64,000 nucleotides of DNA from the NCBI RefSeq assembly GCF_035270045.1, contig NZ_DATFIP010000031.1, positions 11,025 through 75,024 on the forward strand, read 5' to 3'. The notes below the pieces were generated by a model. The model was not told the DNA's origin and made no database searches. It saw nothing but the letters and a program-made list of their open reading frames with translations. The translations under genes were made by a program, and so were the position numbers. The stretch's first letter is position 1. Each line of letters begins with the position of its first letter. The stretch comes from Salibaculum sp. (lineage in GTDB: Bacteria; Pseudomonadota; Alphaproteobacteria; Rhodobacterales; Rhodobacteraceae). Shown piece by piece: positions 1-10,377 of this stretch.

Positions 1-560
1 TAGTTCCAGCCGGTGCGGCGGATGCCGGCGCGGCGTGCGGTGCCGCTGGCGCGCCCGTCGCACCCGACGAGGACACGGCCCGTGATCCTGCGCCCCGAGG
101 CAAGCGTGACCGCTGCGTGATCGGGCGCGGTGCACTGATCGACCACGGAGTCCGCGTTCACCTGCGTGATGCGCGGTTCTTCTTCCATGGCGTTCAGCAG
201 GGCCAGCCGTAGATGACGATCCTCGAGCATGTAGCCCATGGGGCCTTCCTCGATCTCGGCATGATCGAAATGAAGCATCCAGGGGGCCGGGCCGTCGCCG
301 GCACGCCCGTCCGTGACCTTGATCTCCAGCATGGGCTGGCTGTTCTGCGCGACCCGGTCCCAGATCCCCAGATGGTCCAAAAGGCGGGTCGAGGCCAGCG
401 CCAGCGCGTAGCTCCGCCCATCGAAATCGGACAGTTCCCGGGTCGCCTTTGGCAGGGCGTCGATCACGGTCACGCTCAGCCCTGCCCGGGCCAGCGCCAG
501 CGCCAGCGCCGGACCATTCAGCCCGCCGCCAATGATCAGGATATCCGAGTCGTGTGTCAT
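1..560 (-). CDS. FAD-dependent monooxygenase, UbiH/UbiF/COQ6 family (5' part; runs off the window edge)
   Basis: Not in the ORF track. The minus strand from CAT at 558-560 reads MTHDSDILIIGGGLNGPALALALARAG (GxGxxG Rossmann motif). A ubiH-like gene divergent from amidase-aminotransferase-ftsK is a familiar alphaproteobacterial arrangement. Confidence 0.85.
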   Translation of the reverse strand, partial: MTHDSDILIIGGGLNGPALALALARAGLSVTVIDALPKATRELSDFDGRSYALALASTRLLDHLGIWDRVAQNSQPMLEIKVTDGRAGDGPAPWMLHFDHAEIEEGPMGYMLEDRHLRLALLNAMEEEPRITQVNADSVVDQCTAPDHAAVTLASGRRITGRVLVGCDGRASGTARRAGIRRTGWN

Positions 561-646
561 GGGGGGCAATATGCGCCACGTGTCGGGATTGTCCATGCGC
601 CGCTTGGCCGCTAAGGTTTCGCCTGAACGGGGATGGAGATGCGGCG

Positions 647-1978
647 ATGATGCAGGATGTGCGCCACAAGAGCGCGTGCGAACTCGGTCGGGCGATTGAG
701 GCGGGCAAAGTTGATCCGTCTGATCTGACGGAAGCGTTCCTGGCAGCGATCGCGGCAAGCCCCCACGGCGACCGGATCTTTGCCCGAACCACCCCTGACC
801 GGGCACGTGCCGAGGCTCGTGCCGCCAGTCAGCGCGCCCGGCTTGGCCAACGCCGGTCCTTGCTGGATGGCGTCCCCATCGGCTGGAAGGACAACTTCGA
901 TTGCGCCGGGGTCGCGACCGAGGCGGGCACTGCGCTTCTGGCCGGGCGGGTGCCCGAAGGTGATGCCGCGGTTTTGCGCAATGCCACGTCCCTGGGGCTG
1001 GTCTGCATGGGCAAGACCCATATGACCGAACTGGCCTTTTCCGGGCTGGGTGTGAACCCGATGACGGCGACGCCGCCCAATGTCCATGATGCCGATGCCG
1101 CGCCGGGCGGATCGTCCTCGGGCGCGGCCAGTGCCACGGCGCTTGGCCTGGCCGCCGGCGGGGTCGGGTCGGACACGGGCGGGTCGGTGCGCTTGCCCGC
1201 GGCCTGGAACGACCTGGTCGGCTTCAAGCCCACTCACAACGCCTTGTCGCTCGACGGCGTCGTGCCGTTGGCCGCTCGGTTCGACACGGTCGGGCCGCTG
1301 GCCCGGACGGTCGAGGATGCCGCGCACTTGTTTGCCGCCATGCAGGGGCGCGCGGGTCCTGATCTGCGCGGTGCCAAGCTGACCGGAGCCCGGCTCCTGG
1401 TGTTGGAAACGGTGGCCTGCGAGGGCCTCCGCGACGCCACCGGTACGGCCTTCGAACGTGCTGTCGCACGTCTTGAAAGTGCAGGTGTGCAGGTCGAGCG
1501 GGCGGCAATCCCCGCGGTGGCCGAGGCGCTGGAACTTGCCGGGATCATCTACACCTCGGAATGCTACGGCACTTGGGGCGGTGCCATCGAGGCAGCCCCG
1601 GACAAGATGTATGCCCCTGTGCGAGAGCGTTTCCAGGCTGGTCGAACGCATGGCGCCGCCGACTACGTCGCCGCCTGGCAGCGCCTGGACGCCTTGCGCG
1701 CCCAGTTCGCCGCTGCAACCTCCGGCTATGACGCGGTGATCTTTCCCTCGGCCGCGCTCGCGCCCCCGCGGACGGCGGACGTGCTGGCCGACAGTGCCCT
1801 TTTCGCGTCGGAAAACTTGCTGACCTTGCGCAATACCCGCATCGGCAACATGATGGGCCTTTGTTCCATCACCTTGCCCACGGGGGAGCCGTCCCGGGGG
1901 ATCATGTTCCATGCCGGGCCGGGGCAGGACCTGCGTCTTCTGAGGCTGGCCGCAGCGGCCGAGGCCGCGCTAGCCTGA
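647..1978 (+). CDS. Amidase (GatA-like amidase signature family)
   Basis: GVPIGWKDNFD, GKTHMTELAFSG and GGSSSG...GSDTGGSVRLPAAW amidase signature. Start moved to ATG 647 because 554 overlaps the divergent gene. Confidence 0.9.
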   Translation: MMQDVRHKSACELGRAIEAGKVDPSDLTEAFLAAIAASPHGDRIFARTTPDRARAEARAASQRARLGQRRSLLDGVPIGWKDNFDCAGVATEAGTALLAGRVPEGDAAVLRNATSLGLVCMGKTHMTELAFSGLGVNPMTATPPNVHDADAAPGGSSSGAASATALGLAAGGVGSDTGGSVRLPAAWNDLVGFKPTHNALSLDGVVPLAARFDTVGPLARTVEDAAHLFAAMQGRAGPDLRGAKLTGARLLVLETVACEGLRDATGTAFERAVARLESAGVQVERAAIPAVAEALELAGIIYTSECYGTWGGAIEAAPDKMYAPVRERFQAGRTHGAADYVAAWQRLDALRAQFAAATSGYDAVIFPSAALAPPRTADVLADSALFASENLLTLRNTRIGNMMGLCSITLPTGEPSRGIMFHAGPGQDLRLLRLAAAAEAALA

Positions 1979-2103
1979 CCCAAAAGCAACAGGTTTGCGG
2001 CGCAACCCCGCAAATTCGGGCCGAATTTCTGGACAAGACCGGCGCGCGCCGTCTACTTTCGTGACAAAGCAGCCCGCGGACGAGGCTGCATCTTGAGGCA
2101 GAC

Positions 2104-3288
2104 ATGGAATACCCCGAGCGGTTTTCGAACCTACCGGCCTATGCGTTTCCGCGCCTGCGGAGCCTGCTCGACCCCGTTGAACCGGGGGGCGAGCCGCTTG
2201 CCATGACCATCGGCGAGCCGCAGCACCCGTTCCCGGACTGGGTCGGTGACATCCTTTCAGCAAGCCTGTCCGGATTCGGGAACTATCCGCCGAATGATGG
2301 TTCGCCCGAATTGCTGGCGGCCATCTCGGGCTGGCTGCAGCGCCGATACTCCGTGACCGTCACGCCGGATCGGGTAATGGCCCTGAATGGCACGCGCGAA
2401 GGGCTTTACAATGCTGCCATGGCGCTGTGCCGGGAAAGCAAGGCGGGAAAGCAGCCTGTCGTGCTGACGCCAAATCCCTTTTACCAGGTTTATGCCGTGG
2501 CCGCGCTGTCGGTAGGGGCCGAGCCGGTCTTCGTTCCCGCCACCGGTGAGAGTGGCCACCTTCCGGATTTCGCGGGCCTTGATTCCGAGACTCTGGATCG
2601 GACAGCCATCGCCTATATCTGCAGCCCCGCGAATCCCCAGGGCGCCATCGCCAGTCGTGAGTACTGGGCCGCGCTTCTGGCGCTGGCCGAGAAGCACGAT
2701 TTCCGCATCTTCGCCGATGAATGTTATTCCGAGATCTACCGTGACGCGCCGCCGCCCGGTATTCTCGAATCGGTGGCCGATACCGGGACCGACCCCGAAC
2801 GGGTCGTGGTCTTTCATTCGTTGTCCAAACGGTCGAACCTTCCGGGGCTGCGGTCGGGCTTCGTGGCTTCGGGCCCCGAGAACATCCGCCGTATCCGCCA
2901 GCTGCGCGCCTATGCCGGCGCGCCGCTGCCGCTGCCGCTGCAACGGGTGGCGGAATGGGTCTGGTCGGACGAGACCCATGTCGATGAGAACCGCGCCCTC
3001 TACCGCGAGAAATACGCGCTGGCCGACGACATCCTGGGCGGCGTGCCCGGCTACCAAGGCCCCGAGGCGGGGTTCTTCCTGTGGCTGCCCGTCGCCGACA
3101 GCGAAGCGGCGGCCCTGAAGCTGTGGTCCGAGACGGGCGTGCGCGTCCTGCCCGGCAAGTATCTCAGCCGCCCAGGCACTGCGGGCGACCCGGGCGATGG
3201 CTTCATCCGTGTCGCGATGGTGGCCCCCAAACAAGATGTGCAGCGCGGCCTGACACGCATCCGCGCCTGTCTTTACGATCGAGCATGA
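2104..3288 (+). CDS. PLP-dependent aminotransferase class I/II (possible N-succinyldiaminopimelate aminotransferase, DapC-like)
   Basis: [16 protein letters not shown] and [14 protein letters not shown] (PLP lysine) motifs. Confidence 0.88.
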   Translation: MEYPERFSNLPAYAFPRLRSLLDPVEPGGEPLAMTIGEPQHPFPDWVGDILSASLSGFGNYPPNDGSPELLAAISGWLQRRYSVTVTPDRVMALNGTREGLYNAAMALCRESKAGKQPVVLTPNPFYQVYAVAALSVGAEPVFVPATGESGHLPDFAGLDSETLDRTAIAYICSPANPQGAIASREYWAALLALAEKHDFRIFADECYSEIYRDAPPPGILESVADTGTDPERVVVFHSLSKRSNLPGLRSGFVASGPENIRRIRQLRAYAGAPLPLPLQRVAEWVWSDETHVDENRALYREKYALADDILGGVPGYQGPEAGFFLWLPVADSEAAALKLWSETGVRVLPGKYLSRPGTAGDPGDGFIRVAMVAPKQDVQRGLTRIRACLYDRA

Positions 3289-3296
3289 GGAAGAAC

Positions 3297-6191
3297 ATGG
3301 CGTCCTACCAGTCCCGTCAAAGAGACCCGCTTCTCGACAGCAAGATGCAGGCGGCGCTTGAACGGCGTGGCAAGGAACTGCTGGGCATTGCCCTTGTCAC
3401 GTTTGGGATCGCGGTGGCGATTATCTTCCTGTCCTATTCGCCCGAGGACCCCAGTTTCCTGGCCGCCACAGATGCCCCCGTCCGCAACTGGCTGGGGCGC
3501 TACGGGGCAATGATCGCGGCGCCGGTCTTCATGATCATGGGTTGGGCCTCGGTTGGGATCGCCATTGTGTTTCTGGCGTGGGGGATCAGGCTGGTCCTGC
3601 ACCGGGTGCCGCAGCGCGGGCCGGGTCGGGTCGTCTTTGCACCCATCGCCGTGGCGTTGCTGGCGATCCACGCCTCTACCCTGACGACCGGGCCGGGCTG
3701 GGCGCACAGTTTCGGTCTGGGTGGGCTTTTCGGAGACACGGTGCTCTCGATCGCGCTGACAATGCTGCCGATGCCGACGGACTGGGCGCTCAAGCTGACG
3801 TCCGTAGCAACCGGTCTCGGCGTGCTTGTCGTCGGGACCTTCGTGCTGGGCTTCACCCGGCGCGAGGTCCGGTCGCTGGCCCGGCTACTCATTATCGGAC
3901 TGGTGCTGTCCTATTCGCTGGTTCTGCGCGGGCTCGCCGGCGGCGCGAGGAGCATTGTGCGGGGCGGCAAAGCGCTGCGCGCCCGGCGGCAGGACCGCCG
4001 CGCCACGACGCTTGCGGACCGATCCGAGCCCCGAGCGGAGCCGTCCAACGTTGCCGACGCGGTCATGGTGCGCCGTGTGCCTTCGGCCAACTTGCCGCGC
4101 TACGAGGATTTCGACCCGGTCGATGATGACGTCCCCCCCCCCGCCCCGACACCCGAGGCCGGCGGACTCTTCGCGCGGATGCCCGGACGACTGCGCAGGC
4201 GCCCTGCCGACCCCATGCCCGAGCCCGAACTGGTCGATGACGTCGTTCCCGCCCACGATCTGCCCGCCGCCGATGATGACCGTATTCGCGCGCGGATCAG
4301 CGATGCCATCCGCGCCCGCAAGGCCCCGGCCGAGCGCACCGCACCAAGGCCCGGGGTGAATCCGGCGGTCAGCGCCGCGGTGGCCGGCCGCCAGGAGCCG
4401 CAGGTGACACAGCCCACCGGGCCGCAACCACTGACATTGCGCAACACGCAAGAGGCTCCGGGTGCGGAACTGCCGCCCGAGCCGCCCGTACAGGCCACGG
4501 AACAGGCGGTTCCCGACAGCGCGCGCCCCTTGACCGCCGCGCCGCTCTTCCAGACCGACGGCCCGGCCGCCGCTGAGCCGCGCAAGATGGTCCAGCACCC
4601 CGCGAAGAAGTCCGCGCCCCCATCGACGCAGGCCCGCGCCGAGGCTCAGCCGAGCCTGCAATTCGAGGACTCGGCGGCGGCCTATGAACATCCGCCGCTG
4701 AACCTGCTGACTTCGCCTGACGAGATCACCCGCCATCACCTGTCGGACGAAGCGCTCGAGGAAAATGCCCGGATGCTGGAAACCGTGCTGGACGACTACG
4801 GCGTCAAGGGCGAGATCGTAAGCGTGCGCCCTGGGCCGGTGGTGACGATGTACGAACTCGAACCGGCCCCGGGCCTCAAGGCCAGCCGTGTGATCGGGCT
4901 GGCCGACGATATCGCGCGGTCGATGTCGGCGCTTTCGGCGCGGGTGTCCACCGTGCCGGGCCGCTCGGTCATCGGTATTGAATTGCCCAACGAGAACCGA
5001 GAGATGGTCGCCTTCCGAGAAATCCTGTCGACCCGTGATTACGGCGACGGCAACCACAAGTTGCCGCTTGCGCTGGGCAAGGACATCGGCGGCGACCCGA
5101 TCGTGGCGAACCTGGCCAAGATGCCCCACTTGCTGATCGCGGGGACCACGGGATCGGGCAAGTCGGTGGCGATCAACACCATGATCCTGTCGCTGCTCTA
5201 CAAGCTGTCGCCGGACGAATGCCGCCTGATCATGATCGACCCGAAAATGCTGGAGCTTTCGGTCTATGACGGCATCCCGCACCTGCTGTCGCCGGTCGTC
5301 ACCGACCCGAAAAAGGCGGTTGTCGCGCTCAAGTGGGTCGTGGCCGAGATGGAAGAACGCTATCGCAAGATGTCCAAGATGGGCGTGCGCAATATCGAGG
5401 GCTACAACGGCCGTGTCGCGGATGCGCTGTCCAAGGGCGAAATGTTCACCCGCACGGTGCAGACGGGTTTTGACGATGAGACTGGCGAGCCCGTCTTCGA
5501 GACCGAGGAAATGGCGCCCGAGAAGATGCCCTACATCGTCGTCGTGGTCGACGAGATGGCCGACCTCATGATGGTCGCGGGCAAGGAGATCGAAGCCTGT
5601 ATCCAGCGCCTGGCGCAGATGGCCCGAGCCAGCGGCATTCACCTGATCATGGCCACGCAGCGGCCCTCGGTCGATGTCATCACCGGCACGATCAAGGCCA
5701 ACTTTCCGACGCGGATTTCCTTCCAGGTGACATCGAAGGTCGACAGTCGCACGATTCTGGGCGAGCAAGGGGCCGAGCAGTTGCTGGGCATGGGCGACAT
5801 GCTCTACATGGCAGGGGGGTCCAAGATCACGCGCGTGCACGGGCCGTTCTGTTCCGATGAAGAGGTCGAGGAAGTGGTCAACTACCTCAAGGCTTTCGGC
5901 CCCCCCGACTACAAGTCGGGTGTGGTCGAAGGGCCTGACGATGAGAGAGAGGCCAACATCGACGCGGTGCTCGGCCTGGGCGGCAACACCGGGGGTGAGG
6001 ACGCGCTCTATGACCAGGCGGTTGCCATCGTCGCCAAGGATCGCAAGTGTTCAACTTCATATATCCAGCGCAAGCTGGCCATCGGCTACAACAAGGCCGC
6101 GCGCCTGGTCGAACAGATGGAGGACGAAGGCGTCGTGTCACCCGCCAACCACGTCGGCAAGCGTGAAATCCTGGTGCCTGAGCAGGCGTAG
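3297..6191 (+). CDS. ftsK: DNA translocase FtsK
   Basis: N-terminal TM domain, Pro/Ala-rich linker, Walker [36 protein letters not shown] and gamma domain [21 protein letters not shown]. Start ATG 3297 follows GAGGAAG. Confidence 0.97.
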   Translation: MASYQSRQRDPLLDSKMQAALERRGKELLGIALVTFGIAVAIIFLSYSPEDPSFLAATDAPVRNWLGRYGAMIAAPVFMIMGWASVGIAIVFLAWGIRLVLHRVPQRGPGRVVFAPIAVALLAIHASTLTTGPGWAHSFGLGGLFGDTVLSIALTMLPMPTDWALKLTSVATGLGVLVVGTFVLGFTRREVRSLARLLIIGLVLSYSLVLRGLAGGARSIVRGGKALRARRQDRRATTLADRSEPRAEPSNVADAVMVRRVPSANLPRYEDFDPVDDDVPPPAPTPEAGGLFARMPGRLRRRPADPMPEPELVDDVVPAHDLPAADDDRIRARISDAIRARKAPAERTAPRPGVNPAVSAAVAGRQEPQVTQPTGPQPLTLRNTQEAPGAELPPEPPVQATEQAVPDSARPLTAAPLFQTDGPAAAEPRKMVQHPAKKSAPPSTQARAEAQPSLQFEDSAAAYEHPPLNLLTSPDEITRHHLSDEALEENARMLETVLDDYGVKGEIVSVRPGPVVTMYELEPAPGLKASRVIGLADDIARSMSALSARVSTVPGRSVIGIELPNENREMVAFREILSTRDYGDGNHKLPLALGKDIGGDPIVANLAKMPHLLIAGTTGSGKSVAINTMILSLLYKLSPDECRLIMIDPKMLELSVYDGIPHLLSPVVTDPKKAVVALKWVVAEMEERYRKMSKMGVRNIEGYNGRVADALSKGEMFTRTVQTGFDDETGEPVFETEEMAPEKMPYIVVVVDEMADLMMVAGKEIEACIQRLAQMARASGIHLIMATQRPSVDVITGTIKANFPTRISFQVTSKVDSRTILGEQGAEQLLGMGDMLYMAGGSKITRVHGPFCSDEEVEEVVNYLKAFGPPDYKSGVVEGPDDEREANIDAVLGLGGNTGGEDALYDQAVAIVAKDRKCSTSYIQRKLAIGYNKAARLVEQMEDEGVVSPANHVGKREILVPEQA

Positions 6192-6414
6192 CGCGGGATC
6201 ACCGGTCGCTCTGCGGAACCAGAAGGAGCACGCGTTCAATCAAGCCGCGGATTGCCGTGCCGGGGGTGAAAGTCTGGGGTGGGCTCGAAATGGTCGATCG
6301 TCACACCCGATATCCGATAACGACTGGCGTGAAATCGCCTAACAACATGCACGCGGCTATCTTCGGCCCTGTCCGACGGGTGCAAAGGCGCCTGCGCCAC
6401 ATTAGGTAGGTCCC

Positions 6415-7032
6415 ATGAGCAAGATAACCCGACGCCTTCTTTTTCTCGCCGTTCCGCTGATCATGGCCGGGCTGACCGCCGCCCCGGGCCACGCGCGGCA
6501 AATCTCGTTGAACGAGATCTCGGGCTACCTGAACTCCTTCGACACCGCCGAGGGGGAGTTTACCCAGATCAACGCCGACGGTACGATTTCGACTGGGCGG
6601 ATCTACATCCGGCGACCGGGTCGCATCCGTTTCGAATATGACCCCCCGGAAGAGGCCATGGTGATCGCCGGGGGTGGGCAGCTCGCGGTTTTCGACCCGC
6701 GTTCGAACACCGGGCCGGATCGCTACCCGTTGCGGGAAACACCGCTCAAGATCATTCTGCAGGACGATATCGACCTGGCTCGGACCAACATGGTCACTGC
6801 CCACACGAGTGACGGCAACACCACCAGCGTCACCGCCCAGGACCCCGAGAACCCGGACTATGGCAGTATCCAGCTGGTCTTCACGGACGACCCGGTGCAG
6901 CTGCGCCAATGGGTCATCACCGATGATACCGGGCGCCAGACGACGGTCGTGCTGGGTGATCTGGTCACCGGGGCGCAGGTGCCGAACATCCTATTCAACA
7001 TCCAGGCCGAAATGCGCGCGTGGCCGGAATGA
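6415..7032 (+). CDS. lolA: Outer-membrane lipoprotein carrier LolA family
   Basis: Signal peptide, GEFTQ and GRIYIRRPGRIRFEY motifs; downstream of ftsK. Confidence 0.88.
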   Translation: MSKITRRLLFLAVPLIMAGLTAAPGHARQISLNEISGYLNSFDTAEGEFTQINADGTISTGRIYIRRPGRIRFEYDPPEEAMVIAGGGQLAVFDPRSNTGPDRYPLRETPLKIILQDDIDLARTNMVTAHTSDGNTTSVTAQDPENPDYGSIQLVFTDDPVQLRQWVITDDTGRQTTVVLGDLVTGAQVPNILFNIQAEMRAWPE

Positions 7033-7054
7033 GCGGGCGGGGGCGCCCGGCGCT

Positions 7055-7642
7055 TCAGCGATAGGCCCGGCAGTTGCGCAGCTGCGCCTGGTAGAGGACA
7101 GCACGCTGGTCCACCTCGTCGGCGATGCGCATGAGCCAGGCCTTGCCGCGATAGCTGCCTCGGTTAAACCCGGTGCGCCCTTCGTGGTATGCCAAATACT
7201 GGTTGCGAGTATCGTCGAGCGAAACGCCCGTTTCCTCGACCGTGGCGGTCATGTACCAGCCCATGAAGTCGACCGCGTCGCGGATATCGGTGCGCCGCGC
7301 GCCGCGGCCTCCGCGATCGCGCTCGTATTCCGCCCAGGTGCCGTCCAGCGCCTGACTGTAGCCCAGCGCCGAGGATTGCCGCCCCGTCGGGATCACGCCC
7401 AGCGCGTAGACATGCGGCGGGCGGTTGTCCGAGATGAACTTGCTTTCCTGGTAGATCATGGCCATCAGGACGTGGGTGTCCACGCCCCAGCTGCGCTCTG
7501 CGGCGCGGAAGGCACGCGTGTAATGGGGCCGTTCCTCCAGGATGGAACAGGCGTTTTCCAGGTCACGGGGCGCGCTGCCCTCCCGGGCGCCACAGCTGCC
7601 AAGGATTAACAGGATCAGTCCGGCGCGAAAGAGTCTGCTCAT
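7055..7642 (-). CDS. Lipoprotein with lytic transglycosylase SLT-like domain
   Basis: Lipobox LILGSC; MAMIYQESKF, SSALGYSQALDGTW and YLAYHEG motifs. Confidence 0.85.
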   Translation of the reverse strand: MSRLFRAGLILLILGSCGAREGSAPRDLENACSILEERPHYTRAFRAAERSWGVDTHVLMAMIYQESKFISDNRPPHVYALGVIPTGRQSSALGYSQALDGTWAEYERDRGGRGARRTDIRDAVDFMGWYMTATVEETGVSLDDTRNQYLAYHEGRTGFNRGSYRGKAWLMRIADEVDQRAVLYQAQLRNCRAYR

Positions 7643-7719
7643 CTGCCTCTCGCTGTCTTGTTTGTTTTGGTTACTCTAGCCGATCGCCGGCGCTCTGGGA
7701 ATATGCGATCGCTGCCAGG

Positions 7720-8054
7720 CCGTTCACGAATGCGGGGATGAGCGGAAGATAGAGCACCGAACGCCGGGCCGACGCCAAGACGAGCCTTGCCACGGCGTTC
7801 GAATCCGCGCCGGGCATAGGTTCGCGCAGGACGTTGAGCGGCCAGCGCGGCCTGCGAAAGGGTCTCGAGGGGCTGTGCCTCGGTCGCGGGCTGCATCAGC
7901 GACACGAAGATCAGGCAAGGCACCGCGAGTGTCATCAACAGGCCGGCGAGGACCTGCGTCCGGCATTCGAACCCAGCTTGACAAAGGCAAAACCGATCGC
8001 CGTGAGCAGGAACGTCGGGGCCGAAACCCCGAGCACTGTCAGGGTGAGGTTCAC
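7720..8054 (-). pseudogene. AEC (auxin efflux carrier) family transporter remnant
   Basis: GTG 8054 reads VNLTLTVLGVSAPTFLLTAIGFAFVKLG. After a frameshift near 7970 it reads FECRTQVLAGLLMTLAVPCLIFVSLMQ. The C-terminal remnant AVARLVLASARRSVLYLPLIPAFV lies at about 7725-7795. Most of the roughly 300-aa protein is missing. Confidence 0.75.
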
Positions 8055-8136
8055 AGACTGTTTCCCATGATTTATGCCCCGATTCATGGACATCGGGCGC
8101 TGTTCGCTCTAGTAGTCAGGGAGGGGCTGAACGACC

Positions 8137-8463
8137 ATGATGAAAATGCGCGCCAAATATTATCTCGGGCAAGTCGTCCGTCACCGCAAGCATCCGTTTC
8201 GCGGTGTTGTATTCGATGTCGATCCCGAATTCGCCAACACCGAGGAATGGTACCAATCCATCCCTGAAGAGGCGCGACCCGCGAGGGACCAGCCATTCTA
8301 CCACCTGTTGGCCGAGAACGACCAGTCCTACTACGTCGCCTACGTGTCTGAGCAGAACCTTGTCGCGGATTATTCCGGCGAGCCGGTGGATCACCCCGAT
8401 CTGGGCGAGCTTTTCGGCCCATTCGAGGACGGGTACTATCCGCTGCATTTCCAGTTGAACTGA
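8137..8463 (+). CDS. hspQ: Heat shock protein HspQ (YccV-like hemimethylated DNA-binding domain)
   Basis: AKYYLGQVVRHRKHPFRGVVFDVDPEF, QPFYHLLAEN and YVAYVSEQNL motifs; intact frame. Confidence 0.93.
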   Translation: MMKMRAKYYLGQVVRHRKHPFRGVVFDVDPEFANTEEWYQSIPEEARPARDQPFYHLLAENDQSYYVAYVSEQNLVADYSGEPVDHPDLGELFGPFEDGYYPLHFQLN

Positions 8464-8480
8464 GGCCCGGTCTCTCGGCC

Positions 8481-8978
8481 TCAGTACTCAAGGCGACCCC
8501 TTCATCGCGCGGCTTTCTAGCCCCGTCGAGGGTGCCATCGGGTCGGGTGCGGATGGCCTGGGCGCCGCCGATGGGGCTTTGTGCTCTTGGCGGGCCGCGC
8601 ACCGCAGGGGCGCGCGAAATCCCTGGCCGGTCAGGGGCCGCATACCGGCAGGACGTGCGCCTGTCCCTGACCGTGCAAGGCTCTTAATGACCGGGCCGCC
8701 TCGGCATCGAAGACGGTGGCCTGCGACCCGAGGTGTCGAGCGCCCGCGCCTCGTCCGAGCCCGGCAGGGAAAACAGGCAGCACAAGGCATCGCCGCCGGT
8801 GCGTGTGAATTGCGGCTCGCGGATTCCCAGGGACGCTACTCCGCTATGGACGCGTCCAGGGCATTTCCGCCCGTTCAAGCAGGTCGAGGGCCAAGATGGT
8901 GTCCTAGGGGTGCGACGGGGCGCGACTGCCGTTCTTGGCGAAAACCGCCGCCTGGCCAAGAGATGGGATATCGTGAAT
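8481..8978 (-). pseudogene. ggt: Gamma-glutamyltransferase remnant
   Basis: N-terminal piece HDIPSLGQAAVFAKNGSRAPSHP*DTILALDLLE, frameshift, GNALDASIA, frameshift, LGIREPQFTRTGGD...DEARALDTSGR (family: EPQMTGIGGD...ALNGSGR). C-terminal piece PIGGAQAIRTRPDGTLDGARKPRD ends at TGA 8483-8481. About 0.5 kb is left of a roughly 1.6-kb gene. Confidence 0.8.
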
Positions 8979-9201
8979 GGAACGCCTCTGGTCCCCCGCT
9001 CCCGCCTCGGATACCATCAGCACCTGAAAACAGGAAGACCTCGGCGCCACGCACTGGGTGGGGGCTGTTCACGCGACGCCGAGGGAAGCCTATGCAGCTA
9101 CAGCTTCGTTGATGCCGGGGATTCGCGGCGGGGGCTTGGTGGAATTGCGGCGCTTTTGCGGAATCTGCCGCCGCATCGAACGGGAGAGAGAAAAACGCGG
9201 C

Positions 9202-9456
9202 GAGGCACCGGGATGGTTCACCACCGCGCCGGTGCCGGCGGCGCGCGAACTGCTGAAATGGATCGGTTGGTCGGTCGAGGATATGATGAACCACAACGGC
9301 GGTGCCGGCGCGCTAGGCCATACCACCAGAGCTTCTGACGCCTGCGTCATCGTGACCCTGCTGCATGCGCTTGAGGCGCGGGGCTTGCAGCGCGGAATGA
9401 CCGCAATCCGGATCCGCGGGGACGTGGGCACGGCCATCGCAATGGAACTCACATGA
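9202..9456 (+). pseudogene. Acetyl-CoA C-acetyltransferase (thiolase) 3' remnant
   Basis: EAPGWFTTAPVPAARELLKWIGWSVED joined directly to MNHNGGAGALGHTTRASDACVIVTLLHALEARGLQRGMTAIRIRGDVGTAIAME. The NEAFA segment is missing, GHPIGASG has drifted to GHTTRASD and catalytic CIGGG to RIRGD. No N-terminal domain. Confidence 0.85.
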
Positions 9457-9905
9457 TCGACTATCCGGCGCTTGCCGGGACCATCGCCGCGCTGACCGAG
9501 GGCGAGACCGACGTGGTCGCCTTGATGGCGACGCTGGTCTGCGAAATTCACCACGCAGATGATCGCTTCGATTGGACCGGCTTCTACCGTGTGACCGAAC
9601 CGGGCCTTCTCAAGATCGGCCCCTACCAGGGTGGGCACGGCTGCTTGCAGATCCCCTTCGACCGTGGCGTCTGCGGCGCCGCTGCGCGCACGGGCGCGGC
9701 GCAACTGGTTCCGGATGTCGAGGCCTTTGAGGGCCATATCGCCTGTGCCAGCTCGACCCAGTCGGAGCTTGTGTTGCCGGTATTCGACAAGGCCGGCAGG
9801 GTCATCGGGGTGCTGGACATCGATAGTGACCGGCCCGACGCCTTTGCCGAAACCGACGCCCGGGAACTGGCCGCCATCCTGCGGGCGGTTTTCGGCGCAC
9901 CATGA
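9453..9905 (+). CDS. GAF domain protein, free methionine-R-sulfoxide reductase (MsrC/YebR) family
   Basis: DWTGFY, GPYQGGHGCLQIPFDRGVCG and HIAC...SELVLP motifs. Confidence 0.88.
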   Translation: MIDYPALAGTIAALTEGETDVVALMATLVCEIHHADDRFDWTGFYRVTEPGLLKIGPYQGGHGCLQIPFDRGVCGAAARTGAAQLVPDVEAFEGHIACASSTQSELVLPVFDKAGRVIGVLDIDSDRPDAFAETDARELAAILRAVFGAP

Positions 9906-9921
9906 CGAGGAGGACGGCCAG

Positions 9922-10377
9922 GTGATCAATGACCACGTTCGCGACACGATCGACCGCTTTCCACTGGGATTCGTCGCCACGGTGACGCCGGGTGGCCGCC
10001 CGGCAGTCTCTCCCAAGGGGACTTTTCTCGTGTTGGATGGAAGGACAATCGCTTTTGGCGACATCCGGTCTCCTGGCACGGTTACGAACCTGACGGCCAA
10101 CCCCGAATGTGAAGTGACTTTCGTCAACATCCTGACCCGCAAGGGCGCCCGCCTGCGCGGGCAGGCCCGGATGCTGCGTTGCGGAACCGAAGGGTTCGAG
10201 GCTCTCATCGGCCGGTGGCAAGACACCTGGGGCACATTGGCGGACAGGATCGGAACGCTCGTCATGATTGACATCGAGGCGGTCAAGCCTCTCACTAGTC
10301 CTCCCTACGACGACGGCTCCACCGAGGAAGAGATGATCGCCGCCTACAAGGCCAAGCTGGCGGGCATGTATCCATGA
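9922..10377 (+). CDS. Pyridoxamine 5'-phosphate oxidase family FMN-binding protein
   Basis: GFVATV...PAVSPKG and DIRSPGTVTNL..NP. GTG start at 9922 follows AGGAGG. Confidence 0.8.
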   Translation: MINDHVRDTIDRFPLGFVATVTPGGRPAVSPKGTFLVLDGRTIAFGDIRSPGTVTNLTANPECEVTFVNILTRKGARLRGQARMLRCGTEGFEALIGRWQDTWGTLADRIGTLVMIDIEAVKPLTSPPYDDGSTEEEMIAAYKAKLAGMYP

